Positions 1-7,877 of a stretch of 61,115 nucleotides of DNA are shown piece by piece. How positions within the stretch are numbered: position 1 is the stretch's first letter; the number at the start of each line of letters is the position of its first letter. The stretch is from contig JAIEOU010000004.1 of the NCBI GenBank assembly GCA_019750255.1, forward strand, positions 1-61,115. The letters are read 5' to 3'. The stretch is from Patescibacteria group bacterium. Lineage in GTDB: Bacteria; Patescibacteriota; Minisyncoccia; Phycocordibacterales; UBA918. The position numbers and the translations under genes were made by a program. The notes under the pieces were generated by a model that searched no databases, was not told the origin of the DNA, and saw only the letters and a list, made by a program, of their open reading frames with translations.

Positions 1-86
1 TCTGTTCACGTTCGCTAGGCGATAGTTGCTGGTACATGGTTGTATCTTAACGTGCGGTTGGGGGTTGAGAGTGGCAATGGTTATAT

Positions 87-114
87 TTGACAATATTATA
101 AAATAATACATAAT
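87..114 (+). promoter_or_regulatory. putative sigma70-type promoter for ORF 140
   Basis: TTGACA at 87-92 and CATAAT at 109-114 with a 16-nt spacer. An AGGAGG RBS at 129-134 lies 5 nt before the ATG at 140. Confidence 0.4.
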
Positions 115-139
115 CCTAGCGGAAATTTAGGAGGTTACC

Positions 140-481
140 ATGTTGATATGGAAAATTGGGAGTGCCTGCTTGGGATGGCTTTTCTTCGGGCAGTGGGTCC
201 GTTTGACCAAGCTTTCCTGGACTATTTTATTTAGCCCAGCTACCGCCAAACAGCCGCCAGCTCGTCTTTCGCTTGGCGGACAAGAGCTCTGCCATGAAAA
301 AATGAGCCTGCGACCCTCCTACGATTCAGTTTTTCGCCCTGTTGACAAGGCTGAGTGGAACGTCTATGTACTGGTGGGGGGAGTGATTCTGCTTGCTTGT
401 GCCAAGCTATGCTTCTTTTTGGGTTTGGCTACCATCGGCGGATGGATCTGGCTCATTGCTCAACTTACGGGTTCCCAATAG
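140..481 (+). CDS. small hypothetical membrane protein
   Basis: Strong AGGAGG RBS. Hydrophobic N- and C-terminal segments. No recognisable family. Confidence 0.45.
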   Translation: MLIWKIGSACLGWLFFGQWVRLTKLSWTILFSPATAKQPPARLSLGGQELCHEKMSLRPSYDSVFRPVDKAEWNVYVLVGGVILLACAKLCFFLGLATIGGWIWLIAQLTGSQ

Positions 482-542
482 CCGCACAACTAGCCTGAAA
501 GGGCCGGTTGGGCGGCTCTTTTGTTTCCTTAATTTTATTTTC

Positions 543-656
543 GTGGTCACGAATCACTAAGATATTATTTCGCTGCAACAAATCTCATTTTTTGTGGTCA
601 CGAGTTACTAAGCATAATCATTCGCTGCGCTCTGATTCTACTAAGTACTCTCGACC
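543..656. repeat. two tandem degenerate units (about 52 bp) starting GTGGTCACGA(A/G)T(C/T)ACTAAG; the second unit (594-656) is the left arm of a 64-bp inverted repeat
   Basis: Unit 1 starts at 543 and unit 2 at 594. They share GTGGTCACGA..ACTAAG..TTCGCTGC. Positions 594-656 match the reverse complement of 4377-4441. Confidence 0.7.
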
Positions 657-753
657 CCGCCTCGCGGTTTTCTGCTCAAGGGAGAAGCAGAAAACATCGC
701 TGCGGCTTCCACAAACTAAAAATTGCCCGCGAGGGCAATTTTCTTAACGTTTG

Positions 754-775
754 TGGACCCTAGAGGATTGATCCC
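754..775 (-). other. orphan fragment of the tRNA-Ala 3' end (acceptor/T-arm)
   Basis: TGGACCCTAGAGGATT at 754-769 is identical to 953-968, the 3' end of the intact tRNA-Ala(TGC). The sequence diverges after that and there is no D or anticodon arm. Confidence 0.7.
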
Positions 776-952
776 GCAGTTACTAACTCGCTACGCTCGT
801 AAGTACTACTGGACGCGGCTCGTGCTTACTCGCGCAATGGCGCGCTCGTAACAACACTCCGCCGGTTCGAATCCTCACGCATAGTGCGCAGGCACTATGC
901 TTATAGTGTCCACGAACAAAAAAGCACCCGGATGGGTGCAATTTTGTACTCG

Positions 953-1025
953 TGGACCCTAGAGGATTCGAACCCCCCGCCTCCTCAGTGCAAATGAGGC
1001 GCTCTACCAAATGAGCTAAGGGCCC
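953..1025 (-). tRNA. tRNA-Ala (anticodon TGC)
   Basis: The reverse complement folds as a 73-nt cloverleaf. Acceptor is GGGCCCT/AGGGTCC with the G3:U70 alanine identity pair. Anticodon loop is TTTGCAC and T-loop is TTCGAAT. The T-stem needs two G:U pairs. CCA is not encoded. Confidence 0.85.
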
Positions 1026-1211
1026 AGTTTCTGTACGGCGCCTACGTAAGTGATACTTTCACAGGCCAAACCACCAGTCGCAGTATCATACCGTACCGGT
1101 ACCTATAGTCAAGCATTTGTAGCCTTTATTAGCAGGGTATAACGCCAATACCGTAAGCCCGAGAAAGCGGTAGACTAGACCAACGGCATAAGCAAAGCCT
1201 CAACCCTATTC

Positions 1212-1637
1212 ATGAATATGTATCTCGACATCGATGGCACAATGATTCATGAGGATCACTGGGAAACCGAGAACCAGGCAGCTGCCGGGCTGGCCGATTT
1301 CCTCATTGCTCTCCGGTCCCACACGACATTTTGGCTCACCACTCATTGTCGCGATGGCAACCCTGAGCGAGCACGTACTATCATGAAGCAGCACGTACCA
1401 CCAGAACTCCATCCTGACATCGACCGCATTCTCCCGACGACTTGGGATGTGGCCAAGACCGAAGGAATAGACTGGTCACACGACTTCATCTGGTTTGATA
1501 ACGACATCCGCGGCCATGAGTGGGAGCGCTTTAAGGCCGCCACCGCACACCAGCAGGCGATTGAGGTAAACCTAAAGCAGTACCCCAACCACCTCATAGA
1601 AATCACCCGGGATCTACTGTTAAATACCAAGCGCTAA
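1212..1637 (+). CDS. HAD-superfamily-like small protein
   Basis: N-terminal LDIDGTMI matches HAD motif I (DxDGT). The rest is unassigned. Confidence 0.45.
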   Translation: MNMYLDIDGTMIHEDHWETENQAAAGLADFLIALRSHTTFWLTTHCRDGNPERARTIMKQHVPPELHPDIDRILPTTWDVAKTEGIDWSHDFIWFDNDIRGHEWERFKAATAHQQAIEVNLKQYPNHLIEITRDLLLNTKR

Positions 1638-1642
1638 TTATC

Positions 1643-1933
1643 ATGACTCTTGAACAACTACTCATCGGACTCGTCGCGGCCATAAACATCGTTGCTTTTA
1701 TAATTATGGCCAATGACAAGCGCCGGTCGATGCGAGGCGGCAACCCCGAACGCATCTCCGAAGGTGTGCTTTTCTTTATGGCCGCTGCCTTTGGCGCCAT
1801 AGGCGTCTATACTGGAATGCTCCTCCTCCGCCACAAAACCCGCAAATGGTACTTCCAGCTGGGTCTTCCGCTTGTCATACTCCAAAATCTAGCGTCTCTT
1901 TATGTAATCTGGATATTAGTTAGTACAAATTGA
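1643..1933 (+). CDS. DUF1294 family membrane protein
   Basis: About 95 aa with NDKRRS..RISE..L and the RHKTRK..F signature typical of DUF1294. Two to three TM helices. Confidence 0.7.
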   Translation: MTLEQLLIGLVAAINIVAFIIMANDKRRSMRGGNPERISEGVLFFMAAAFGAIGVYTGMLLLRHKTRKWYFQLGLPLVILQNLASLYVIWILVSTN

Positions 1934-2384
1934 CTTGGTACTGAAGCCTCTTCGTCCTAACTTTTTCGTGAAGCTCTTTTGCGGTAAGCAGGGCGTAGCT
2001 TTTAGTTTCTGGGTGTAAACTTACAAAGCAAAAGCGAAACTGGTCACCAAGCTGCTCCGCGAGCTTAAACTCGTTTTCCGTTGCTCCAAAAAAGAAGCCT
2101 TTTGGATTCTCTGGTAATCTTTTTCTGGTAGTTTTGAGTTCGACTAAAATAATTTGGTCAAGGGGTACCGTTAGAGGGTCCACCAGGTCGGTACCCGGCG
2201 GAACAAGAACTAGATCAAAAGCCCGGGCAAATGTTTTTGCTAGTTTAAACCTTTCGAGAATACTTATACGTTGTGCATGAGTGGGAATTTTGAATAAACT
2301 ATTAGACTCGAGAAGAAATGCGACAGCAGAAGATTCTGTAGCGTTATTTAAAATTGTAGCGCCGTACGCATGTTCTGTCGCCAT
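1920..2384 (-). CDS. PD-(D/E)xK nuclease-fold protein (DUF3883-like)
   Basis: FDLVLV ... IILVELKTT provides the D...E-x-K core. It is followed by FFFGATENEFKLAEQ and FRFCFV, as in DUF3883-type domains. Confidence 0.5.
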   Translation of the reverse strand: MATEHAYGATILNNATESSAVAFLLESNSLFKIPTHAQRISILERFKLAKTFARAFDLVLVPPGTDLVDPLTVPLDQIILVELKTTRKRLPENPKGFFFGATENEFKLAEQLGDQFRFCFVSLHPETKSYALLTAKELHEKVRTKRLQYQVNLY

Positions 2385-2515
2385 GTGGGGCAGATTAGAT
2401 CATACTGCATTCTTTTGATCAAGTTCACTTGGTAGAAAGGCAAGTAGTCGCAGCTGAAAATAATCCACTTTTCCTAGACACCTATTTCTCGTATACTACA
2501 GCGCATAAAAATGTC

Positions 2516-2588
2516 GGGCCCTTAGCTCATCCGGTAGAGCGCGTCCATGGCATGGACGAGGCGAGCGGTTCAAGTCCGCTAGGGTCCA
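2516..2588 (+). tRNA. tRNA-Ala (anticodon GGC)
   Basis: Clean 73-nt cloverleaf. Acceptor GGGCCCT/AGGGTCC with G3:U70. Anticodon stem CGTCC/GGACG with loop ATGGCAT. T-arm AGCGG-TTCAAGT-CCGCT. CCA is not encoded. Confidence 0.92.
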
Positions 2589-2613
2589 CGAGTATATTTT
2601 ACGAAGCAACTAC

Positions 2614-2643
2614 TTGTACAAAATACCCCCTAGGGGGTATACT
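2614..2643 (+). promoter_or_regulatory. csoR promoter with embedded CsoR-type operator
   Basis: TTGTAC (2614-2619) and TATACT (2638-2643) flank a perfect 18-bp palindrome, ATACCCCCTAGGGGGTAT (2623-2640). This is the G/C-tract inverted-repeat type bound by CsoR-family repressors. Confidence 0.7.
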
Positions 2644-2650
2644 TGTGTGC

Positions 2651-2914
2651 ATGAAAGATTCACACAAAAAGTTAGTCCGTCGACTCAAAATTATCGAAGG
2701 ACAAGTGCGTGGATTGCAGGGAATGATCGAGAAAGATACATACTGCATTGACGTCATCACGCAAACTTCAGCCGTAAAACAAGCCCTTTCAAATATAGAA
2801 GATGTACTCTTGGAAGAACACCTCTCTCACTGTGTAGTGAATCAAATTAAGTCAGGAGACGTAAAGAAGCCAGTCGGAGAAATACTACAGGTGTATCGTT
2901 TAAAGCGTAAATAG
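2651..2914 (+). CDS. csoR: CsoR/RcnR-family metal-sensing transcriptional repressor
   Basis: 87 aa. Contains KKLVRRLKIIEGQVRGLQGMIEKDTYCIDVITQ..A.. and HLSHC, giving the family's Cys/His/Cys ligand pattern. The ATG at 2651 avoids overlap with the tRNA. Confidence 0.85.
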   Translation: MKDSHKKLVRRLKIIEGQVRGLQGMIEKDTYCIDVITQTSAVKQALSNIEDVLLEEHLSHCVVNQIKSGDVKKPVGEILQVYRLKRK

Positions 2915-2915
2915 T

Positions 2916-3464
2916 ATGGAACATAATCATTCAACATCAAGTGCAGTAAAAATTCATCACACAACAAATGTAACTGTGTGGTCATACTGGCCAATCGCTA
3001 CCATATACTTGGTGGCGGCACTTATTTCGCTTTATTCGGTACAATTTCACGCCTACCCTGACTACATGTCCCACCTTATGGGCTGGGTTATGATATTCTT
3101 TGGGGCCATCAAGCTATCCGATGTAGTTGGATTTGCAGAGGGATTTGCAATGTACGACCCACTGGCAAAACGAAGCATCGTTTATTCTCAGGTATACCCA
3201 TTCTTAGAGATCACTCTTGGTATTCTCTTTATACTTCAAGTCCTGATTCTACCTGCGACTCTCATCACTTTGTTTATCTATAGTGCTAGCCTTATCGGCG
3301 CTTTGCAGTCAATGATTAAAAAAGAAACCCTGCACTGCGTGTGCCTCGGGACCTACTTCAAACTTCCGCTCTCGACCGTCACCATTATTGAGGCAGTCTT
3401 TATGATAACGATGTGTATTTGGATGTTAGCAATGTTTAACAGTATGACCATGATGGTCATGTAA
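2916..3464 (+). CDS. polytopic membrane protein (MauE/DoxX-like) in the CsoR operon
   Basis: Four to five TM helices. HCVCLG motif inside a helix. His-rich N-terminus (MEHNHS..HH). Start lies 2 nt after the csoR stop. Confidence 0.45.
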   Translation: MEHNHSTSSAVKIHHTTNVTVWSYWPIATIYLVAALISLYSVQFHAYPDYMSHLMGWVMIFFGAIKLSDVVGFAEGFAMYDPLAKRSIVYSQVYPFLEITLGILFILQVLILPATLITLFIYSASLIGALQSMIKKETLHCVCLGTYFKLPLSTVTIIEAVFMITMCIWMLAMFNSMTMMVM

Positions 3465-3475
3465 TAAAATAATTT

Positions 3476-4135
3476 ATGAAAAATCAATCAATTGCAATCA
3501 TTATTGGACTCGGAATCTTAGTCGTTGGTGCCGTAGCGTATAGTTTTGGTGCAAATAAGGATACTGATACCAAAATGGGTATGAATATGGGTGATGACGT
3601 ACCGGCTGGTATGCACCGTATGCCTGATGGGTCACTGATGGGTAATGCCCCTACTGACAACGACATGGGTATGATGGGTGGCATGGATCACTCAATGATG
3701 ATGGTAAAGAGTGAACGAGAGTTTCTTAAGGGTATGATTCCACACCACCAAGAAGCAGTTGATACTGCCAAGGAGGTAATCGCTCGTGGCGGTTCAACTC
3801 CTGAAATCAAGAAGCTCGCTGAAGACATCATCGCGGCACAAGAGAAAGAGATCGCTATGATGAAGGAGTGGTATCAGGCGTGGTACGGGGAAGCATATGT
3901 TGCTGACCCTAAAGACTACAAACCTATGATGCGTGACCTCTCAACTCTCAGGGGAGCTGCTCTAGATAAGGTCTTTCTCGAAGATATGGTTATGCACCAC
4001 ATGGGAGCAATAATGATGGCACAAAGTGTACAACCATACTTAGAAAATCAAGAAATCACTGATTTGACCAAGGCAATTATGGAGACACAGACAGCGGAGA
4101 TAGAATTGATGCGACAGATGCTTAAAACCTTGTAA
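3476..4135 (+). CDS. DUF305-family protein with Met/His-rich N-terminal tract (putative copper-binding)
   Basis: Signal/anchor helix, then MGMNMGDD..GMHRMPDGSLMG..MGMMGGMDHSMMM. Two DUF305 half-repeats follow (MIPHHQEAV.. and MVMHHMGAI..). Confidence 0.8.
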   Translation: MKNQSIAIIIGLGILVVGAVAYSFGANKDTDTKMGMNMGDDVPAGMHRMPDGSLMGNAPTDNDMGMMGGMDHSMMMVKSEREFLKGMIPHHQEAVDTAKEVIARGGSTPEIKKLAEDIIAAQEKEIAMMKEWYQAWYGEAYVADPKDYKPMMRDLSTLRGAALDKVFLEDMVMHHMGAIMMAQSVQPYLENQEITDLTKAIMETQTAEIELMRQMLKTL

Positions 4136-4261
4136 TGATACGGAGTGAATATTCTTTTACAAAATCTGTTGCAAGGTAGGGCATGCTTGATATGTCACCC
4201 AAAACTTCATTAGATACTCCCTAAACTGGTTCGGTAAATTTCCCCTATAGTCCACCGAGTC

Positions 4262-4304
4262 AAACTAAAAGCGTATCCATAAACAATGGATACGCTTTTA
4301 GTTT
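4262..4304. terminator. bidirectional rho-independent terminator
   Basis: Perfect 19-bp stem (AAACTAAAAGCGTATCCAT / ATGGATACGCTTTTAGTTT) with loop AAACA, between convergent genes. Confidence 0.8.
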
Positions 4305-4376
4305 AGTAAGTGACTAATGTCACTTACGGGGCTCGGTGGAAGGCGTAAACGATGTGGCTCGCCACGAGTGCGCCGG

Positions 4377-4441
4377 GGTCGAGAGTACTTACTAGATTTT
4401 GAGCCGAAGGCGAAAAAATATAGTTAGTAACTCGTGACCAC
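4377..4441. repeat. right arm of the 64-bp inverted repeat (inverted copy of 594-656)
   Basis: TTAGTAACTCGTGACCAC (4424-4441) is the exact reverse complement of 594-611. GGTCGAGAGTACTTA (4377-4391) mirrors 642-656. The interior is about 70-75% similar by eye. Confidence 0.7.
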
Positions 4442-4454
4442 CGGAAGCATAAAA

Positions 4455-5102
4455 CTACCCCAACACCCTCTTTAAAAACTCCAGCCCCTCAGGATGTATC
4501 GTGTGGCCCAGATTTGTATACAAACGGAGAGTGACATCGGCTTCGTGGTGCGTAAAGTAGGTGGCGGTTGCGCGCAAACGGTCGGCGGGGATATGAAAAT
4601 CTTCTTCATCGCAGCCAATGTAGATCGGGGTGCTGGCTAGGGAGCCGTCAATTTGTTGCTGGACTTCTGCATCACCACCGATGAGACCACCACTGTAGAT
4701 AGCGGCAGCAAGATACCACTGTGGGTGGCGCTTTAGATATTCAGCCGTCAGACACGCACCTTGGGAGAAGCCCGCTAGTGCTATGTGTTCTGGTTGCATT
4801 TGGAATGCTGTTTCTAGTTGGGTAACGAGCGTGTGTACTCGTGCGAGGCCAGAATCGAGCGCAGGCTGATTTGCTTGCTGTGGAGCGATAAAGCGCTCGG
4901 GATACCACGTACTCCCGGCCGCTTGAGGTGCTAGCACAAGGACGTTGTCGGGTAGGTTAAGATGAGCCGTGATACTTACGATATCTTCGGCCGACCCACC
5001 GCGACCGTGAAGCAAAATGAGTGCTCTTGTTGGGTTCATGGTATTACCAACGGTCAGAACGCTTTCGTTTCCGTGCGGGGGCAGTGAGGCTGGTATCAGC
5101 AT
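4455..5102 (-). CDS. phospholipase/carboxylesterase-family alpha/beta hydrolase (MhqD-like)
   Basis: LILLHGRGGSAEDI and the GFSQGA nucleophile elbow. C-terminal His (LGHTIH). The start could instead be the internal Met at 5039. Confidence 0.75.
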   Translation of the reverse strand: MLIPASLPPHGNESVLTVGNTMNPTRALILLHGRGGSAEDIVSITAHLNLPDNVLVLAPQAAGSTWYPERFIAPQQANQPALDSGLARVHTLVTQLETAFQMQPEHIALAGFSQGACLTAEYLKRHPQWYLAAAIYSGGLIGGDAEVQQQIDGSLASTPIYIGCDEEDFHIPADRLRATATYFTHHEADVTLRLYTNLGHTIHPEGLEFLKRVLG

Positions 5103-5103
5103 A

Positions 5104-6096
5104 TTATTTTTTATGACGCGGCAGCGAAAGGGGGGTGAGGTGCGCCTCGATAGAAGTTCGAAGGTGTTCGTACTGTCGTGGAATCATGAGATGTTCACCG
5201 AGTTCGTCGGCTGGTTCGTCTATGGTAAAGCCAATGTCATCGGTAGCAATTTCAAATAGTATTGAAGCTGGCGTCATAAAGTACACCGAGTGGAAGTATT
5301 GGCGGTCGATGAGACCCGTCGTGGCGACGCCGAGATTCTGCACTTGTTTTCCAAGCGCCATGAGTTCTGCATCCGTTTCAGCCTGAAAGGCAATGTGATG
5401 AATAGAACCCGCACCCTGCGTGGCGCGGGGCATATCGGGGCAGGGCTTGGTGGCAAGGAATTTCCCCGGCCAGGAGGTGGCCTCATACCTCGTCACACCG
5501 TCCTTCGTCGCCACTTCGCTATAGACGAGTCCTACGGTCAGTAGTGGGGTGATTGATCCACCCTCAGGTAGATTTAGGAGGGTACCATAAAAGCCCCGCA
5601 AGCTGTGCTCGTGGGGGATGGGACCATCGGCCCAGTGTTGTACCGCATCGTCTACAGTAGCCTCAACGAGGCCAATTTTGGGCCCATCAGGGTCTTTAAT
5701 CATGAGGCATGTTTCGCCAAAGGGGAGCTGTTTTTCCTCCTGAATGACAAGGAACGTCTCTGCCCGCTGCTTCCAGTATTCGATTGAACCAGGAGGGATG
5801 GCGTAGTAGATGCTGTCCACCTCGCCACTGCCACGGGTGCCGTCGGGAATACCCGCCCAGTAGAAGAAGGTAAGGGCGGTACCAGGAGTACCAACAGCGT
5901 CGCCATAGTAGAGGTGGTAGGCGCTTGGGTCATCGAAGTTTACCGTTCGTTTGATAAATCGCTGTCCCAAAAAGCCTTCGTAGAAATCGACATTGGCTTG
6001 GGGGTCACTGGTTATCGCGGTGATATGGTGCAGACCTTTGGTTTTTATCATGAGGTCATTGTAGTAAACTGGCAACCCAAGGGCAATGAATAGCAA
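5104..6096 (-). CDS. VOC/glyoxalase-fold ring-cleaving dioxygenase (MhqA/MhqE/MhqO-like)
   Basis: GLHHITAITSDPQANVDFYEGFLGQRFIKRTVNFDD..YHLYYGD and a second HHIAF module. Likely true start is MIKTKG at 6051. Confidence 0.75.
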   Translation of the reverse strand: MLFIALGLPVYYNDLMIKTKGLHHITAITSDPQANVDFYEGFLGQRFIKRTVNFDDPSAYHLYYGDAVGTPGTALTFFYWAGIPDGTRGSGEVDSIYYAIPPGSIEYWKQRAETFLVIQEEKQLPFGETCLMIKDPDGPKIGLVEATVDDAVQHWADGPIPHEHSLRGFYGTLLNLPEGGSITPLLTVGLVYSEVATKDGVTRYEATSWPGKFLATKPCPDMPRATQGAGSIHHIAFQAETDAELMALGKQVQNLGVATTGLIDRQYFHSVYFMTPASILFEIATDDIGFTIDEPADELGEHLMIPRQYEHLRTSIEAHLTPLSLPRHKK

Positions 6097-6167
6097 CGCA
6101 GGGAGCTACAAAACTTAAATCCACCGCCACCCCTTAAACCCTTCCAGATATCCCTTATAATTACCCT

Positions 6168-6728
6168 ATGGAAAAGCCAGCGGCGGTAAAGAAGCGGTTA
6201 CTCAAAGAAGCCAATGACCAGCTGAAGAAGCTACGGGCGCAAATGGTAGTCGCTAAGAAGGCGGAAGGCATCGATGACTACATCACCGTCAAGCTAAAGA
6301 AAAGTACTGCTCGCTATGACGTAACGAGAAAGAGAGGAGAACCTGATAAAGGGGCAGGGAAGTTCTTTCTGCAAATCAATATCATCACGAAGAAAGAAGC
6401 GGTGTTTATACCGCTCTCGATTGCGTCGGGGAAGACGGTGACTGGTTTTATGTACCAGATTGAAGGTACGGGTGAGGGGCTCATTACCACGGCCGAAGTC
6501 GATTGTCGGGGAGAGGGAGTGACCCAAGTAACGATTGGCACGCTACTTTTTGCCAAGCTTCCGCCGGGAGCAACGGGGGAGTTTCGTATCCAAGTAACTA
6601 CCCGGGGCCAGAAGGGAAAGACCTACAAAGTCACCATCAACCGCATCAACTACAAGCTCACCATCGCTGACGCGAGATACCAGCAGTACATCAAGCCAAT
6701 CGTGAGTGATCAGGTGAAGTTTTCGTAG
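6168..6728 (+). CDS. hypothetical protein
   Basis: Long ORF with a Lys-rich helical N-terminus and a beta-rich C-terminus. No family recognised. Confidence 0.4.
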   Translation: MEKPAAVKKRLLKEANDQLKKLRAQMVVAKKAEGIDDYITVKLKKSTARYDVTRKRGEPDKGAGKFFLQINIITKKEAVFIPLSIASGKTVTGFMYQIEGTGEGLITTAEVDCRGEGVTQVTIGTLLFAKLPPGATGEFRIQVTTRGQKGKTYKVTINRINYKLTIADARYQQYIKPIVSDQVKFS

Positions 6729-6851
6729 TTTGGCAACTGTGACGAACAGTTAACTTACACTGTCGCATATTCGCGTATTTCTGATGAAATAATATCTTCA
6801 ATGAAGAAGGTAATGCAAAAAGAGCTGGTTTAGTTTCGTGGGCCTTAGGGA

Positions 6852-7790
6852 GTGGTAAAACTCCGCGGGGATTTTGAACGTGAGACAGTGTGGGCAAGCC
6901 AGGCAGAGATTGCATCTGTTTTTGCGGTTAATGTTCGTCCAGTAAATGAACATATAAAGAATATTTACAAAAGCGGTGATTTGCAGGAGGCCCCAACTAT
7001 CCGGAATTTCCGGATAGTTCAAACTGAGGGAAAGCGAACTATTGAGCGAGACGTAATACACTACAACCTCGATACCATAATTTCTATTGGCTACAGGGTT
7101 AATTCAAAGTTAGCAACAGACTTCCGCCAGTGGGCCACCAAAACTCTACGTGAACATATCACCAAAGGCTTCACCATTAACCGCAGCCAGATTGGTGCGC
7201 ATTACGAAGAGTTTCAAAAGGCGGTAGAAACGCTGAAATCACTTGCTCCCGCTAAAAGTAACGTTGATACAGAATCCGTACTTGAGTTAGTGCGCGCTTT
7301 TGCTGACACCTGGTTTTCACTGGATGCGTACGACAAAGAAGCCCTCACGCCAAAGAAAGTTACGAAACGCAGCGTCGCGCTTACGGCAATCACACTCATG
7401 GAAGGTGTATCGGTACTTAAGGGGGAATTGATGCATAAAGGAGAAGCAACTGACAACTTTGCCACCGAGCGTAATCGTGGCGCGGTTGAGGGAATTATCG
7501 GTAACGTTATGCAAAGCTTTGGTGGCCAAACGCTGTACCCAACCGTCGAAGAGAAAGCAGCCCACCTCCTGTACTTCATTATCAAGAACCATCCGTTTGT
7601 TGATGGAAATAAACGCACTGGTGCGTACGCGTTTATTTGGTACCTACAAAAAGCCAAACTACTTAATACGAGTGTTATTAGACCTGCCACACTCACCGCA
7701 CTTACACTTCTCATCGCTGAAAGTGACCCACAAGATAAGGAAAAGATGGTGAAGCTAGTCGTCATGCTCCTTGGTGGATTAAAGCGTTAG
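6852..7790 (+). CDS. RhuM-family N-terminal domain fused to a Fic/DOC (Doc-type) domain
   Basis: The N-terminal part has RNFRIVQTEGKR..ER.V.HYNLD.IISIGYRVNS..A..FRQWAT (RhuM signature). The C-terminal part has HPFVDGNKRTG (Doc/Fic motif HxFx[D/N]GNKR). GTG start. Confidence 0.75.
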   Translation: MVKLRGDFERETVWASQAEIASVFAVNVRPVNEHIKNIYKSGDLQEAPTIRNFRIVQTEGKRTIERDVIHYNLDTIISIGYRVNSKLATDFRQWATKTLREHITKGFTINRSQIGAHYEEFQKAVETLKSLAPAKSNVDTESVLELVRAFADTWFSLDAYDKEALTPKKVTKRSVALTAITLMEGVSVLKGELMHKGEATDNFATERNRGAVEGIIGNVMQSFGGQTLYPTVEEKAAHLLYFIIKNHPFVDGNKRTGAYAFIWYLQKAKLLNTSVIRPATLTALTLLIAESDPQDKEKMVKLVVMLLGGLKR

Positions 7791-7877
7791 TTAATCAACG
7801 TAGTATCTGCAGTAGCATACACTCAAACGTAGACATGAATGTTTCACCACGTATACTGATGCAGTAATAACTACTGT

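Noticed and set aside
1-37. Possible 5' end of a minus-strand gene leaving the left edge (MYQQLSPSEREQ...)
   Set aside because: Only 12 codons are visible, which is too little to support a call.
543-656. Possible CRISPR array
   Set aside because: There are only two degenerate adjacent units with no regular repeat-spacer periodicity and no cas genes. The second unit is part of an inverted repeat with 4377-4441.
508-1010. ORFs 508-747 (+) and 783-1010 (-)
   Set aside because: They run through tandem repeats, hairpins and the tRNA-Ala gene. The translations are low-complexity with no RBS, so the region is better explained as non-coding repeat/tRNA DNA.
2429-2650. N-terminal extension of the csoR ORF
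   Set aside because: The extension would translate through the tRNA-Ala(GGC) gene and the operator palindrome. CsoR homology begins at the Met at 2651.
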